A stretch of 64,000 bases of DNA from Dehalococcoidia bacterium (GCA_022820645.1 JAJEFD010000018.1:95252-159251); one strand, 5' to 3'. Shown: positions 9,879-19,654, numbered from the stretch's first letter. Program-made: numbers and translations. Notes: generated by a model not told the origin, from the sequence alone.

Positions 9879-10772
9879 GTGACCGCGACCGTTATCGATG
9901 GCAAGCTGATGGCCGAGGAGATACGCGGCGAGGTCGCCGAAGAGACGCGCGCGCTCACGGAGCGTTCAGGAATCACGCCCGGCCTGGCCGCAGTGCTCGT
10001 GGGCAGCGATCCCGCCTCCGCCGTCTACGTGCGCAACAAGCGCCGCGCCTGCGACGAGGCGGAGATGTTCAGCAAGACGTTCGAGTTGCCGGAGGAAACA
10101 ACCCAAGAAGAGCTGATCGCCCTGGTGCAGGAGCTCAACACGGACTCCCGGTTCCACGGCATCCTCGTCCAACTCCCGCTGCCCCCTCATATCGAGGAGC
10201 GGGAGGTCATCCTCGCCATAGACCCGGACAAGGACGTCGACGGGATGCACCCCATCAACGGCGGACGCCTGCTGGAGGGCAACCCACGTTTCCCCCCCGC
10301 GACTCCCGCGGGTGTGCAGCAGATGCTCGTTCGCACCGGCAACGACCCTGCGGGGAAGCACGTCGTCATCGTGGGGCGCAGCAATATCGTCGGTAAGCCG
10401 CTCTCCGTTCTACTCATGCAGAAGGCTCCCGGCGCGAACGCCACCGTGACCGTCTGCCACACCGGTACGCGCGACCTTGCCGCCCTCACCCTGCAGGCCG
10501 ACATCGTCGTCGCTGCGATAGGCAGGCCCCACGCCCTCACCGCCGACATGGTGGCCGATGGCGCGGTCGTGATAGACGTGGGCATCAACCGCGTAGACGA
10601 CGCGACACGAAAGTCCGGTTACCGGCTCGTGGGTGACGTGGACTATGACGCGGTCGCAGAGAAAGCGTCGGCCATCACTCCGGTGCCGGGCGGCGTCGGC
10701 CCCATGACCATCGCCATGCTGCTCACAAACACGCTCCGCGCGGCACGCTTCGCCGCCGGAGAGAGCGTCTGA
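9879..10772 (+). CDS. folD: bifunctional methylenetetrahydrofolate dehydrogenase / methenyl-THF cyclohydrolase
   Basis: Part of ORF 9444..10772. I place the start at the GTG (V146 of the track ORF), which gives VTATVIDGKLMAEEIR, the typical FolD N-terminus. GRSNIVGKP motif is present. Confidence 0.88.
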   Translation: MTATVIDGKLMAEEIRGEVAEETRALTERSGITPGLAAVLVGSDPASAVYVRNKRRACDEAEMFSKTFELPEETTQEELIALVQELNTDSRFHGILVQLPLPPHIEEREVILAIDPDKDVDGMHPINGGRLLEGNPRFPPATPAGVQQMLVRTGNDPAGKHVVIVGRSNIVGKPLSVLLMQKAPGANATVTVCHTGTRDLAALTLQADIVVAAIGRPHALTADMVADGAVVIDVGINRVDDATRKSGYRLVGDVDYDAVAEKASAITPVPGGVGPMTIAMLLTNTLRAARFAAGESV

Positions 10773-10791
10773 CCACCGGTCTGCCTGTGGC

Positions 10792-11253
10792 CTACCGCAC
10801 CTCGAACAGCGACTCGACCTCCACGGCAGCGCCGCCGGGCAGCGACCCCGCGCCGTAGGCCACGCGCGCGTGGCGTCCCGCCTCACCGAAGACCGCAACC
10901 ATCAGGTCTGAGAAGCCGTTGATCACCTGCGGTTGCTGTGTGTAGTCCGGGGTAGCGTTCACCAGCCCCATCACCCGCACGACGCGCACGACGTTATCGA
11001 GGTCGCCGATCTCCCGCTTCGCTACCGCGAGCGCGGAGAGCCCGCAAACGCGCGCCGCGTTGTACGCGTCGTCCACGTCCATGTCCGCCCCGACCTTGCC
11101 GGTGATCATCGCTCCGTCCGCGTCGCGCGGCACCTGCCCCGCCACGTACAACAGGTTGCCCGTGCGAACGGCGGGAACGTAGTTCGCCACCGGAGTCGAC
11201 ACCTGCGGCAACTCCAACCCCAACTCCTGCAGACGGTCCTCGGCAACTGACAC
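10792..11253 (-). CDS. RidA/YjgF family reactive-intermediate deaminase-like protein
   Basis: C-terminal 153 aa of ORF 10792..11343. GTG start is preceded by AAGAGG. YjgF-like pattern (NLLYVAGQVP ... GAAVEVE). Confidence 0.8.
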   Translation of the reverse strand: MSVAEDRLQELGLELPQVSTPVANYVPAVRTGNLLYVAGQVPRDADGAMITGKVGADMDVDDAYNAARVCGLSALAVAKREIGDLDNVVRVVRVMGLVNATPDYTQQPQVINGFSDLMVAVFGEAGRHARVAYGAGSLPGGAAVEVESLFEVR

Positions 11254-11386
11254 GGCGCAACACCTCTTGGGAGATCGGGGCAACACGCCCCGCGCGACGA
11301 TGATATCACCCGCTGCCCTGCGTCCCCACGACGCGCCTGCCATGCGTAGAATAGCGCCGCATCCCGCCGATCAGCGGAGGCTACGC

Positions 11387-13006
11387 ATGGAGAACAGCGT
11401 CTTCTACCAGAACCTGGAGCCGTTCTCGTTCCTGGAGCGGAGCGCGTTCGTCTACCCGGACAAACCCGCCGTCATCCATGGAGAGCGTGTCTACACCTAC
11501 TCCGAGTTGCGCAAACGCGTAAACCGGCTTGCCGGAGCGCTGAAGAGCGCGGGGGTCGGCAAGGGCGACCGCGTCGCGTTCATCGTGCCGAACCTTCCGC
11601 CGCTGCTGGAGGCGCACTACGGCCCCATGAGCATCGGCGCGGCGCTCGTCGCCATCAACACGCGCCTCTCCCCGCGCGAGATCGCCTACATCCTCAACCA
11701 CTCGAAGGCGAAGGTGCTCGTGTTCGACTCCGAGTTCGCGCCCACCGTCCGCCAGGTGCGGGACGAGGTCCCCGGCGTATCGCTCTACGTGCAGGTCGTC
11801 GACGAGGTCCCGCGCGCCGACGATATCCCCGGCCCGGAGTACGAGGAGTTCCTCGCGTCGGCGCCGGACGGAGAGCACCGCGACCCCATCGCATCCGAAA
11901 TGGACATCATCACGGTCAACTACACATCCGGAACCACGGGGATGCCAAAGGGGGTGCAGTACCACGCCCGCGGCGCGTACCTCAATGCGCTCGGCGAGGT
12001 CATCGAGACCGGATTGAACTGGCGCAGCGTCTATCTCTGGACACTCCCCATGTTCCACTGCAACGGCTGGTGCCACACGTGGGCCGTGACCGCCGTCGGC
12101 GGTACGCACGTCTGCCTCCGCCGCGTCGACCCCGCCGAGGTCTACCGGCTCATCGAGCGGCACGGGGTCACGAACATGTGCGGCGCGCCCACGGTGCTCA
12201 CGGGCATGTACTCCTCGCCCGCCGCAGAGGGACAGGACCTCTCCGGGCTCACCATCGCCACCGGCGGGGCGCCGCCCGCCCCGCAAGTCGTCCGCACGAT
12301 GGAGGGCATGGGCGCGAACATCATCCACCTCTACGGCCTCACCGAGACCTTCGGCCCTATCACGCTCTGCGTGCCCCAGCTGGAGTGGGACGACATGACG
12401 GCGGAGGAGCGCGCGTTCGCCAAGGCAAAGCAGGGCGTGCCCTACGTTCACGCGGGCACCGGCCTCCGCGTCGTCGACGAGCAGATGAACGACGTGCCGC
12501 GCGACGGCGAGACGATGGGCGAGGTCGTCATGCGCTCCAACGGCGTCATGGCGGGCTACCTGGACGACCCGGACGCGACGGCGAAGGCGTTCTCGGGCGG
12601 CTGGTTCCACTCCGGCGACCTCGGCGTGTGGCACCCGGACGGTCAGATCGAACTGAAGGACCGCGCGAAGGACGTCATCATCTCCGGCGGGGAGAACATC
12701 TCCAGCCAGGAGGTGGAGAAGGTCATCATGGAGCACCCGGGCGTGCTGGAGGTCTCCGTGATCGCCGTGCCTGACGACCGCTGGGGCGAGACGCCCAAAG
12801 CGTTCATCACGCCACGGGAGGGCGCAGCGCTCACCGCCGAGGAAGTCATCGCCTTCTGCCGCGACCGCATCGCGCACTTCAAGGCCCCGCGCCACGTCGA
12901 GTTCGGCGACCTCCCCAAGACGGCGACCGGCAAGATCCAGAAGTATGTGCTCCGCGAGCGCGAGTGGGCAGGCCGCGAGTCCCGGGTGCAAGGGTCGCAG
13001 CGGTGA
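11387..13006 (+). CDS. AMP-dependent acyl-CoA synthetase/ligase
   Basis: ATG at 11387 is preceded by GGAGG. AMP-binding motif YTSGTTGMPKGV and a C-terminal GKIQK lysine motif. 539 aa. Confidence 0.88.
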   Translation: MENSVFYQNLEPFSFLERSAFVYPDKPAVIHGERVYTYSELRKRVNRLAGALKSAGVGKGDRVAFIVPNLPPLLEAHYGPMSIGAALVAINTRLSPREIAYILNHSKAKVLVFDSEFAPTVRQVRDEVPGVSLYVQVVDEVPRADDIPGPEYEEFLASAPDGEHRDPIASEMDIITVNYTSGTTGMPKGVQYHARGAYLNALGEVIETGLNWRSVYLWTLPMFHCNGWCHTWAVTAVGGTHVCLRRVDPAEVYRLIERHGVTNMCGAPTVLTGMYSSPAAEGQDLSGLTIATGGAPPAPQVVRTMEGMGANIIHLYGLTETFGPITLCVPQLEWDDMTAEERAFAKAKQGVPYVHAGTGLRVVDEQMNDVPRDGETMGEVVMRSNGVMAGYLDDPDATAKAFSGGWFHSGDLGVWHPDGQIELKDRAKDVIISGGENISSQEVEKVIMEHPGVLEVSVIAVPDDRWGETPKAFITPREGAALTAEEVIAFCRDRIAHFKAPRHVEFGDLPKTATGKIQKYVLREREWAGRESRVQGSQR

Positions 13007-13209
13007 AACGAACCTTCACGGCGAGCGTGTGGCCGGAAGAGCACCGGTACGTAGCACAGGCGCTGGAGGCCGACGTAGCCAGCCAAGGCGAGTCCGTCGA
13101 CGAGGCGCTTGCGAACCTCCGCGAGGCGCCGCAGTTGCACCTTGAACCACCCCTGGCCTCAATCCTACCCAAACTCCACTACATCGAGGTAGAAGTTCCG
13201 GCGGGTTAG
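13003..13209 (+). CDS. HicB-like antitoxin-family small protein (no adjacent toxin)
   Basis: The GTG at 13003 overlaps the synthetase stop (GTGA). The 68-aa product (FTASVWPEEHRYVAQALEADVASQGESVDEALANLREA) resembles short HicB/UPF0150-type antitoxins as I recall them. Confidence 0.5.
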   Translation: MKRTFTASVWPEEHRYVAQALEADVASQGESVDEALANLREAPQLHLEPPLASILPKLHYIEVEVPAG

Positions 13210-13236
13210 GCCAGTCCCACCGCGACGCGCTCCCCC

Positions 13237-13935
13237 TTACGCCTCGGGGAAGGCCTCGAGGTGCTCGGCGAGCTCGTCCAGGTGCATCACGTCGGCGTAC
13301 TTGTGGTGCATGTCGAACAGGTTGACCTTGTGCGACAGCTGGGCGCGGTCGTAGACGCACTCCTCGGCGATGACAACGTGGAAGCCGTTGGAGTAGGCAT
13401 CGGCGACCGAGGCACGGACGCAGCCGCTCGTGCTCTCGCCGCAGACCAGCACCGTGTCGACGCCCATCTGCACGAGCTGTGCCACCAGCGGCGTCCCGTA
13501 GAACCCGCTCGCGCGCTGCTTGTAGATGATGAGGTCCTCCGGCTCCGGCGCGAACGCCTCGTAGATGCCGAACGGGTTCTCGCCCTGGTTCCTCGCGCGG
13601 CGGTTCGTCGACTTCAGGCGGTTCGGGCGCGCCTCCGGCCGGTCCTCGCCCGTCGTGTAGACGACGGGGAAGCCGCGGGCCCGCGCCATCGCGAACAGCT
13701 GCTTGGTCGGCTCGATGGCGTTCCACGCGTACTCGCCGCATGCGCTCGGGAACTCCTTCGCGACCTCGTGAACCGGCAGCGGGCCGCCCTGGTACGCCGA
13801 GTTGTAGAGATCGATCGCCAGAATCGCCGGACGCCGTCCGACGAATAGTTCGCGCTGGTAGTGCTTGTAGAGCTCGATATCCTCCGCGCTCACCACGTCC
13901 TGCCAGCAGTGGTCCTCGAAGCCGTATGTAGCCAT
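13237..13935 (-). CDS. isochorismatase-family cysteine hydrolase
   Basis: 232 aa with the catalytic Cys context VLVCGESTSGCVRASV. Confidence 0.85.
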   Translation of the reverse strand: MATYGFEDHCWQDVVSAEDIELYKHYQRELFVGRRPAILAIDLYNSAYQGGPLPVHEVAKEFPSACGEYAWNAIEPTKQLFAMARARGFPVVYTTGEDRPEARPNRLKSTNRRARNQGENPFGIYEAFAPEPEDLIIYKQRASGFYGTPLVAQLVQMGVDTVLVCGESTSGCVRASVADAYSNGFHVVIAEECVYDRAQLSHKVNLFDMHHKYADVMHLDELAEHLEAFPEA

Positions 13936-14026
13936 TGTCCGCCTCCTGTCGCCCGGATGCGCGCATTATACGTCCGCTGCCGTTGCCGTGGTGCGCTACA
14001 ATCCCGGCGCAGCAGGAGGTGGCAGG

Positions 14027-15277
14027 ATGCTCACGCAGCAGGAGAACGAACGCCTCACGCAGGTCGGGCCGGGGACGCCGATGGGCGAGCTCATGCGCCG
14101 CTACTGGCACCCCATCGCCGCCGCCGCAGAGATGGACGAGCGCCCCACCAAGCCGGTGCGCCTGCTCGGCGAGGACCTCGTGCTCTACAAGGACAAGTCC
14201 GGCACCCTCGGGCTAATCGACCGCTTCTGCCCCCACCGCCGCGTTGACCTCTCCTACGGCATACCAGAGGAGCACGGGCTGCGCTGCATGTACCACGGAT
14301 GGATGATGGACGAGAGCGGTCAGTGCATCGAGCAGCCATTCGAGGAGACCGTCCATCCAGACGGGCGTTTCAAGGAGAAGGTGAAGGTCACCGCCTACCC
14401 GGTCGAGGAGCTCAGCGGACTGCTGTTCGCCTACATGGGCCCGCTGCCCGCGCCCCTCGTCCCGCGCTGGGACCTGTTCGTGACCGACCACGCGTGGCGC
14501 GACATCGGCTTCACGATGCTGCCCTGCAACTGGCTGCAGTGCCAGGAGAACTCAGCCGACCCCGTCCACGCCGAATGGCTGCACGGCGTCTACGGCTGGT
14601 ACCTCGCGCAGAAGACCGGCGAGGAGGTGCCGCCGTGGCGCAAGGCGATGATGCGCCCCCACCAGCGCATCGGCTTCGAGCAGTTCGCCAACGGCGTCTT
14701 CAAGAAGCGCATCGTCGAGGGCAGCACCGAGGAGGACGACATCTGGAAGATCGGCCACCCGTGGGTGTTCCCCAACATCCTCCGCTCCACGACCGGCACG
14801 ACGAGCACCGAGTTCCAGATCCGCGTGCCGGTCGACGACGAGAACACGCTGCACGTCGTGTACACGCGCTACCAGTTCCCGCCGGGGGTGGAGGTGCCGC
14901 CGCAGGAGACGGTGCCGTACTACGAGATCCCGCTCTACGACGCGAACGGGGAGCTGAACGTGGAGCTGCCGCTGGTGCAGGACTTCATGGCATGGGTGAC
15001 GCAGACACCCATCGCCGACCGCACGCGAGAGAAGCTCGGCGAGTCCGACACCGGCGTCATCCTGCTGCGCAAGATGCTGAACGAGGCGATGGAGACGGTC
15101 GCGGACGGCGGCGACCCGATGAACGTGTTCCGCGACCCGGCGACGAACCAGTGCATCGAGATGACGCAGGAGAAGGTGTACTACACGCCGGACCGGAACC
15201 AGGCGCGGATGATCTACTACGGCCACCAGGCCTACAACCCCAAGATCGACGAGATCGTGGCGATGTTCCCGGAGTAG
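14027..15277 (+). CDS. Rieske [2Fe-2S] non-heme-iron oxygenase, alpha-subunit type (paralogue 1)
   Basis: ATG at 14027 follows AGGAGG. Rieske motif CPHRRVDLSYG...LRCMYHGW and iron motif NSADPVHAEWLH. 416 aa. Confidence 0.88.
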   Translation: MLTQQENERLTQVGPGTPMGELMRRYWHPIAAAAEMDERPTKPVRLLGEDLVLYKDKSGTLGLIDRFCPHRRVDLSYGIPEEHGLRCMYHGWMMDESGQCIEQPFEETVHPDGRFKEKVKVTAYPVEELSGLLFAYMGPLPAPLVPRWDLFVTDHAWRDIGFTMLPCNWLQCQENSADPVHAEWLHGVYGWYLAQKTGEEVPPWRKAMMRPHQRIGFEQFANGVFKKRIVEGSTEEDDIWKIGHPWVFPNILRSTTGTTSTEFQIRVPVDDENTLHVVYTRYQFPPGVEVPPQETVPYYEIPLYDANGELNVELPLVQDFMAWVTQTPIADRTREKLGESDTGVILLRKMLNEAMETVADGGDPMNVFRDPATNQCIEMTQEKVYYTPDRNQARMIYYGHQAYNPKIDEIVAMFPE

Positions 15278-15354
15278 GGGAACCGTCACGCCGACTGTGT
15301 CCCGTGAAACAGCGCATCACTTGCGCCGGATGTATCCTGTAGCATACAATTCGG

Positions 15355-15648
15355 GTGATGGTCGAGGTCCGCCAAACCGAGGTCTACGCGCGTTGGTTCA
15401 GGCGGCTACGGGACAGGCAGGCGAGGGTTCGCATCGACAGCCGCATCCGGCGTCTCTCCCTTGGCAATCCCGGCGACTTGAGACCCGTGGGCGAAGGGGT
15501 ATCGGAGATCCGCATCGACTACGGCCCTGGCTATCGAGTGTACTTCGTGCAGCGAGGCCAGAGCTTGGTCATCCTCCTGGCAGGAGGGGACAAGGACAGC
15601 CAAGCGCGGGACATCCAACGGGCGCTGGCGTTGGCCAGGGGACTCTAG
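15355..15648 (+). CDS. RelE/ParE-superfamily toxin (addiction-module killer type)
   Basis: 97 aa. The pattern RLSLGNPGDLRPVGEGVSEIRIDYGPGYRVYF matches the killer-protein family paired with HTH antidotes. Confidence 0.8.
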   Translation: MMVEVRQTEVYARWFRRLRDRQARVRIDSRIRRLSLGNPGDLRPVGEGVSEIRIDYGPGYRVYFVQRGQSLVILLAGGDKDSQARDIQRALALARGL

Positions 15649-15660
15649 GAGGCAGCAGAC

Positions 15661-15969
15661 ATGGCAAGGACAGCAACTCGTTCATGGGACCCAGCGGAGC
15701 ACTTGGAGACCGAGGAGGACATGGCCGCCTATCTGAATGTGGCCCTGGAAGAGGGTGACCTGAGCCTGATCATGGCTACCCTGGGCGACATAGCACGTGC
15801 CCGGCGCATGGCGACAGTCGCGCAGGAGGCAGGTCTGGGCAGGGAGAGCCTGTACAAGTCACTGTCCGCGGATGGCAACCCGGAGTTTGGCACAGTGCTC
15901 AAGGTGGTGCATGCCCTGGGACTCCAGCTTCAGGCCAGCGCTACGACCCGGACTCCTACAGGCGCATAG
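15661..15969 (+). CDS. addiction-module antidote protein (HigA-like HTH)
   Basis: 102 aa, 12 nt downstream of the toxin. DPAEHLETEEDMAAYLNVALEEGD followed by an HTH (AQEAGLGRESLYKSLS). Confidence 0.8.
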   Translation: MARTATRSWDPAEHLETEEDMAAYLNVALEEGDLSLIMATLGDIARARRMATVAQEAGLGRESLYKSLSADGNPEFGTVLKVVHALGLQLQASATTRTPTGA

Positions 15970-15992
15970 TAGAGATTCCCTTCGCGCTCGCC

Positions 15993-16979
15993 CTAACCCA
16001 CGTCATCACAATACGCGAAGGCGTTGCCGACCGGCGAGGCGTAGACCTCGATGTAGTCGACGATGGTGGTGGGACGGCCGTCGCTGACGGCGGCTGCGGC
16101 TATCCACGCGCAGGTCTCGCGGGTGCCAAAGGCAGGGCCGCCCGGCGACGGCATGCCGGTGCTGACGCGACCGCGGTAGGCGGCGTCCTGGCTCGTGTCG
16201 TCCTCCGGGATGACGTAGGAGTCGAAGTAGTCTGCCATGCCGCGCGCGTCGCCCGCTTCCAGGCGCGCCAGTATCGCGCGGTCGAACTCCTCGTTCAGCC
16301 ACGCGCCCGGCATCCCCGGCGTGTGCCAGAGGCCGCCCGACGCCGCAACGGCGACGCGCAGGCCGGAGGGGGCGTCGTCCAGCGCTTCGCGCACCGCCTT
16401 GCCGAACTGGTAGCTGCGCAGCCCGGAGACCTGCGGAGCGAAGTAGAGGTTCATCATGATGGGGACGGAGGGCAGCGAGAAGTCGGTCAGCTCCTCGACG
16501 GAGCGGATGACGCCGCCCGCGAGGCCGCGGTCCGGCTTCGGCATGTCCATGCAGAACGCCGGGTCGAAGCCGCGCTGCATGACGCCGGAGAGCAGGTGCA
16601 CGGCCAATTCCGGGTGGCCGGGGAAGCGGTAGCCGGGCTCAGCATGGCGTCCGATCTCCGGGGTGCGCGGCTCGCGCGGCGACTTCGCGTAGCTATCGCC
16701 GACGTAGACGGCAAACGCGGGGTAGTTGTTGAAGTCGAAGCACTCCAGTTGGTCGTCGCTGAAGATGACGAGCACGTCCGGCTTGAGCTCGGCGATGCGC
16801 TCGCGGAGAACGCGGAAGCCCTCGTGCGTGCGATTGGCCTTGGAGATGTTCACCTCGAGGGACTCGTTGGGGACGTCCTCGCGGATCGGGCGCGCGTTCC
16901 GGCGCGCCACCCACTGATCGGGTGGGAGTGACGTCGTGCCTCCGTGCGAGTGGAAGAACGTTCCAACGATGGTGGCCAT
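15993..16979 (-). CDS. LigB-family (class III) extradiol ring-cleavage dioxygenase-like protein (paralogue 1)
   Basis: The last 328 aa of ORF 15993..17429, starting at MATIVGTFFHSHGG, which is preceded by GGGGGAGG. Paralogous to 43981..44985. Confidence 0.8.
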   Translation of the reverse strand: MATIVGTFFHSHGGTTSLPPDQWVARRNARPIREDVPNESLEVNISKANRTHEGFRVLRERIAELKPDVLVIFSDDQLECFDFNNYPAFAVYVGDSYAKSPREPRTPEIGRHAEPGYRFPGHPELAVHLLSGVMQRGFDPAFCMDMPKPDRGLAGGVIRSVEELTDFSLPSVPIMMNLYFAPQVSGLRSYQFGKAVREALDDAPSGLRVAVAASGGLWHTPGMPGAWLNEEFDRAILARLEAGDARGMADYFDSYVIPEDDTSQDAAYRGRVSTGMPSPGGPAFGTRETCAWIAAAAVSDGRPTTIVDYIEVYASPVGNAFAYCDDVG

Positions 16980-17130
16980 GCCTCCCCCTTTTCGTCGTAC
17001 TGCGCGTTGGGCGCAGTATACGCGCCCGCGCTCCGTGTCGTAGGGGATGTGTGACACGAGGGCATTGCGATGTACAGCCCTGCCTCCCCTAGAGTAGGCA
17101 TGGCCCGACAGAGGGCAGGAGGTAGACGAG

Positions 17131-17517
17131 ATGGCAGTTGCGAACCCGAACATCAACCCGCTGGCGGAGCTGGGAGCGTTCCTCCCCGGCGACGCGCTGG
17201 AGAGGCTGGCCGTGCTGCTGGCGGAGCCGGACGCGCGCCATACGTGCGGCCAGCTGGCGCGGCTGGGCGCGGCGTTCAGCAGCGTGGGCGCACGTTTGAC
17301 TGACGCAGCGAGGAACGGGATGCACGAGCGACTCGCCGGAGGGGATGGGCGCGCCTTCGAGTCCGGCGTGCTGTTCCAGTGGCGGAGGCCGCTCGTCGTG
17401 ACGGCGGTGGACACGCAGCGGGTGCGCACCGCTTTCCCACCGACGATGCGGCCTGACCTCTACAAGAAGCGGGAGACGCAGGGAGTGGTAGCCGTCACGG
17501 TGAAAGAGGCGGCTTAG
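17131..17517 (+). CDS. hypothetical protein
   Basis: 128 aa. ATG is preceded by GGCAGGAGG. Strong GC3 bias. I recognise no family. Confidence 0.55.
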   Translation: MAVANPNINPLAELGAFLPGDALERLAVLLAEPDARHTCGQLARLGAAFSSVGARLTDAARNGMHERLAGGDGRAFESGVLFQWRRPLVVTAVDTQRVRTAFPPTMRPDLYKKRETQGVVAVTVKEAA

Positions 17518-17528
17518 TCCTCAGAGGA

Positions 17529-18608
17529 TCAGGCCGCCATGTTGGGGTTGACCATCACCCAGACGGCGTCGGCGCCGTCGCCTTCGCCGCCGGAGGCGAG
17601 GCAGGCCTCGCCGGTCAGCTCCAGCGGGTAGTTGTGCGTCACCATCTCTTTGAGCGGGTAGTCGCCCGATGCGATCAGTTCCAGGCCCATCGCCACGCTT
17701 GCGTAGCTGTGGCCCCGGCACGCCCGGAGCTGTCCGTACTTGCCCGTCAGCAGCTCCAGCGAGAAGGACTCGAGCTCGTAGGCCTGCGTGACAACGATGC
17801 CGCCGCGCCGCACGAGGACCTCGATGGCCTGGTTGAAGATGACGGGGATGCGGCCGGTGGTGCAGTCGACCACCGCATCCGCGCCGCGCCCGTTCGTGAT
17901 GTCCATGATCGTTTCGACGAAGTCGTTGGTCTGGACGTCGACGGTATGGTCGGCGCCAAGCCGCCTCGCCGCTTCGAGCCGCGAACCGTCCTTCGACAGG
18001 CCGGTCACGATGACCGTGGCGCCCGCCTTCTTGGCTGCGAGGGTGGCGCCGAGGCCCTTGGAGCCCGGCCCCTGCACGACGACCGTCTTGCCCGGAGCGG
18101 CCTCGCCCTCCTTGACCGCCCACTGCACGCCGTTGCCGACCGGCAGGGCGAGCGCGGCCTCGTCGGGCGTCATCGTCTGGGGCACCTTGTGCAGCACCAC
18201 GTTCGGGGGCAGGTAGAGGTACTGCCGGAAGCCGCCGTCGAGCCTGTTGGGGTTGGGGTTGTTGTGCGTGTCGGTGAGCCAGCAGTGCCTGAATTCGCCG
18301 ATGCGGCACCACTCGCAGTGTCCGCACGGGAGGTACTCCTCCAGCGCGACGAGCTCGCCTTCCTCGACACCGTGGCGGTCCAGGAACCCCTGCCCGGCCT
18401 TCACGATGACGCCGGCGTTCTCGTGGGCGTTCATGCCGGGGACCGGGCTCCTTCCGCCCCCCTCGCGCGTGAAGTAGCCGTAGGAGCCGCACATGCCGGC
18501 CGCCTCGACTCTCATCAGAGCGCTGTTGTAGTCGATATCAGGAACGTCGATCTCCTGTATCTCCGCCGTGCGGGGCGCGACCTTGACTGCTGCGAGAGTC
18601 GTCTCCAT
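17529..18608 (-). CDS. zinc-dependent medium-chain alcohol dehydrogenase family protein
   Basis: The last 359 aa of ORF 17529..19751, starting at METTLAAVKV after CAGGAGGAAG. It has a structural-zinc Cys cluster (CGHCEWC) and the Rossmann motif VVQGPGSKG. Confidence 0.85.
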   Translation of the reverse strand: METTLAAVKVAPRTAEIQEIDVPDIDYNSALMRVEAAGMCGSYGYFTREGGGRSPVPGMNAHENAGVIVKAGQGFLDRHGVEEGELVALEEYLPCGHCEWCRIGEFRHCWLTDTHNNPNPNRLDGGFRQYLYLPPNVVLHKVPQTMTPDEAALALPVGNGVQWAVKEGEAAPGKTVVVQGPGSKGLGATLAAKKAGATVIVTGLSKDGSRLEAARRLGADHTVDVQTNDFVETIMDITNGRGADAVVDCTTGRIPVIFNQAIEVLVRRGGIVVTQAYELESFSLELLTGKYGQLRACRGHSYASVAMGLELIASGDYPLKEMVTHNYPLELTGEACLASGGEGDGADAVWVMVNPNMAA

Positions 18609-18628
18609 GGCTTCCTCCTGTGTTGTCG

Positions 18629-19654
18629 CTACGACTTGCCTGCCTCGATCTTCTCGATGTACGGCTTCGCGCGCGGGTAAGCCTCCAGCACGTTGCCGTG
18701 GAACAGCTTGTACCGGTCCTCCTCGGTCAGCCAGTCGATACCGTCGATGTACGGCTTCGTGTCGTCGTACCAGCGCCCGGTGTCCGGGTCGATGGCCTGC
18801 ACGCCGCCGATCATCTCGGAGGCGAAGAGGACGTTGTCGACACCGATGGTCTTGATCAGGAACTCCGTCGCGGCCTGATTGTAGATGGCGGTGTCGAAGT
18901 AGAGGCGGCCCAGGAAGTCGTCGAACGGCTCGCGCTTCGCCATAATGCTCAGCCCCTTGAACCGGGCGTACTGGTACGGGATCGCCCCGCCGCCGTGCGG
19001 CAGGATGAACCTGATGCCGGGGAAGTCCTGGAAGATGTTGGAGTCCATCAGCTGGACGAAGCCGGTGTTGTCCACGTTCATGTAGTGCGAGCCGGTGGTG
19101 GTGAAGGCCGGGTTGCACGTGCCGGAGCCGTGGATCATGGCGGGCACGTCCAGCTCCACCATCTTCTCGTAGAGCGGGTACCAGTAGCGGTCGCCGAGCG
19201 GGGGGTCGGTCCAGTAGCCGCCGGACGGGTCGGGGTTGAGGTTGCAGCCGACGAAACCCAGGTCGTTCACGGCGCGCTCCAGCTCCTGCACGACGCCCTT
19301 CTCCGGCGGCACGCCGGGCGACTGCGGCAGCGAGCATGCGCCGATGAAGCGGTCCGGGTAGATGTCGCAGACGCGCTTGATGATGTCGTTGTTGATCTCG
19401 GTCCAGTAGCGGCTGATGAGTTCGCCGCCGAAGTGGTGGCCCATCCACGATGCGCGGGGCGAGAAGATGGCGACGTCCGTGCCCCGCTCGTTCTGCAGTT
19501 TGAGCTGGCCGTTCTCCAGCGAGGCACGTATCTCGTCGTCGGAGACGTTGACGGGGTGCTTCACCGGCGCGCCCATGAAGGTGATCTGGGTAGCGCGGAA
19601 GATCTGCACGCCGGCGGGTGCAGTGGTGTAGTGGCCGTGGGAGTCGATGATCAT
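18629..19654 (-). CDS. amidohydrolase-2 family protein (ACMSD / aromatic-acid decarboxylase-like)
   Basis: 341 aa. N-terminal IIDSHGHY metal motif, and the length and pattern fit the amidohydrolase_2 family. Confidence 0.8.
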   Translation of the reverse strand: MIIDSHGHYTTAPAGVQIFRATQITFMGAPVKHPVNVSDDEIRASLENGQLKLQNERGTDVAIFSPRASWMGHHFGGELISRYWTEINNDIIKRVCDIYPDRFIGACSLPQSPGVPPEKGVVQELERAVNDLGFVGCNLNPDPSGGYWTDPPLGDRYWYPLYEKMVELDVPAMIHGSGTCNPAFTTTGSHYMNVDNTGFVQLMDSNIFQDFPGIRFILPHGGGAIPYQYARFKGLSIMAKREPFDDFLGRLYFDTAIYNQAATEFLIKTIGVDNVLFASEMIGGVQAIDPDTGRWYDDTKPYIDGIDWLTEEDRYKLFHGNVLEAYPRAKPYIEKIEAGKS

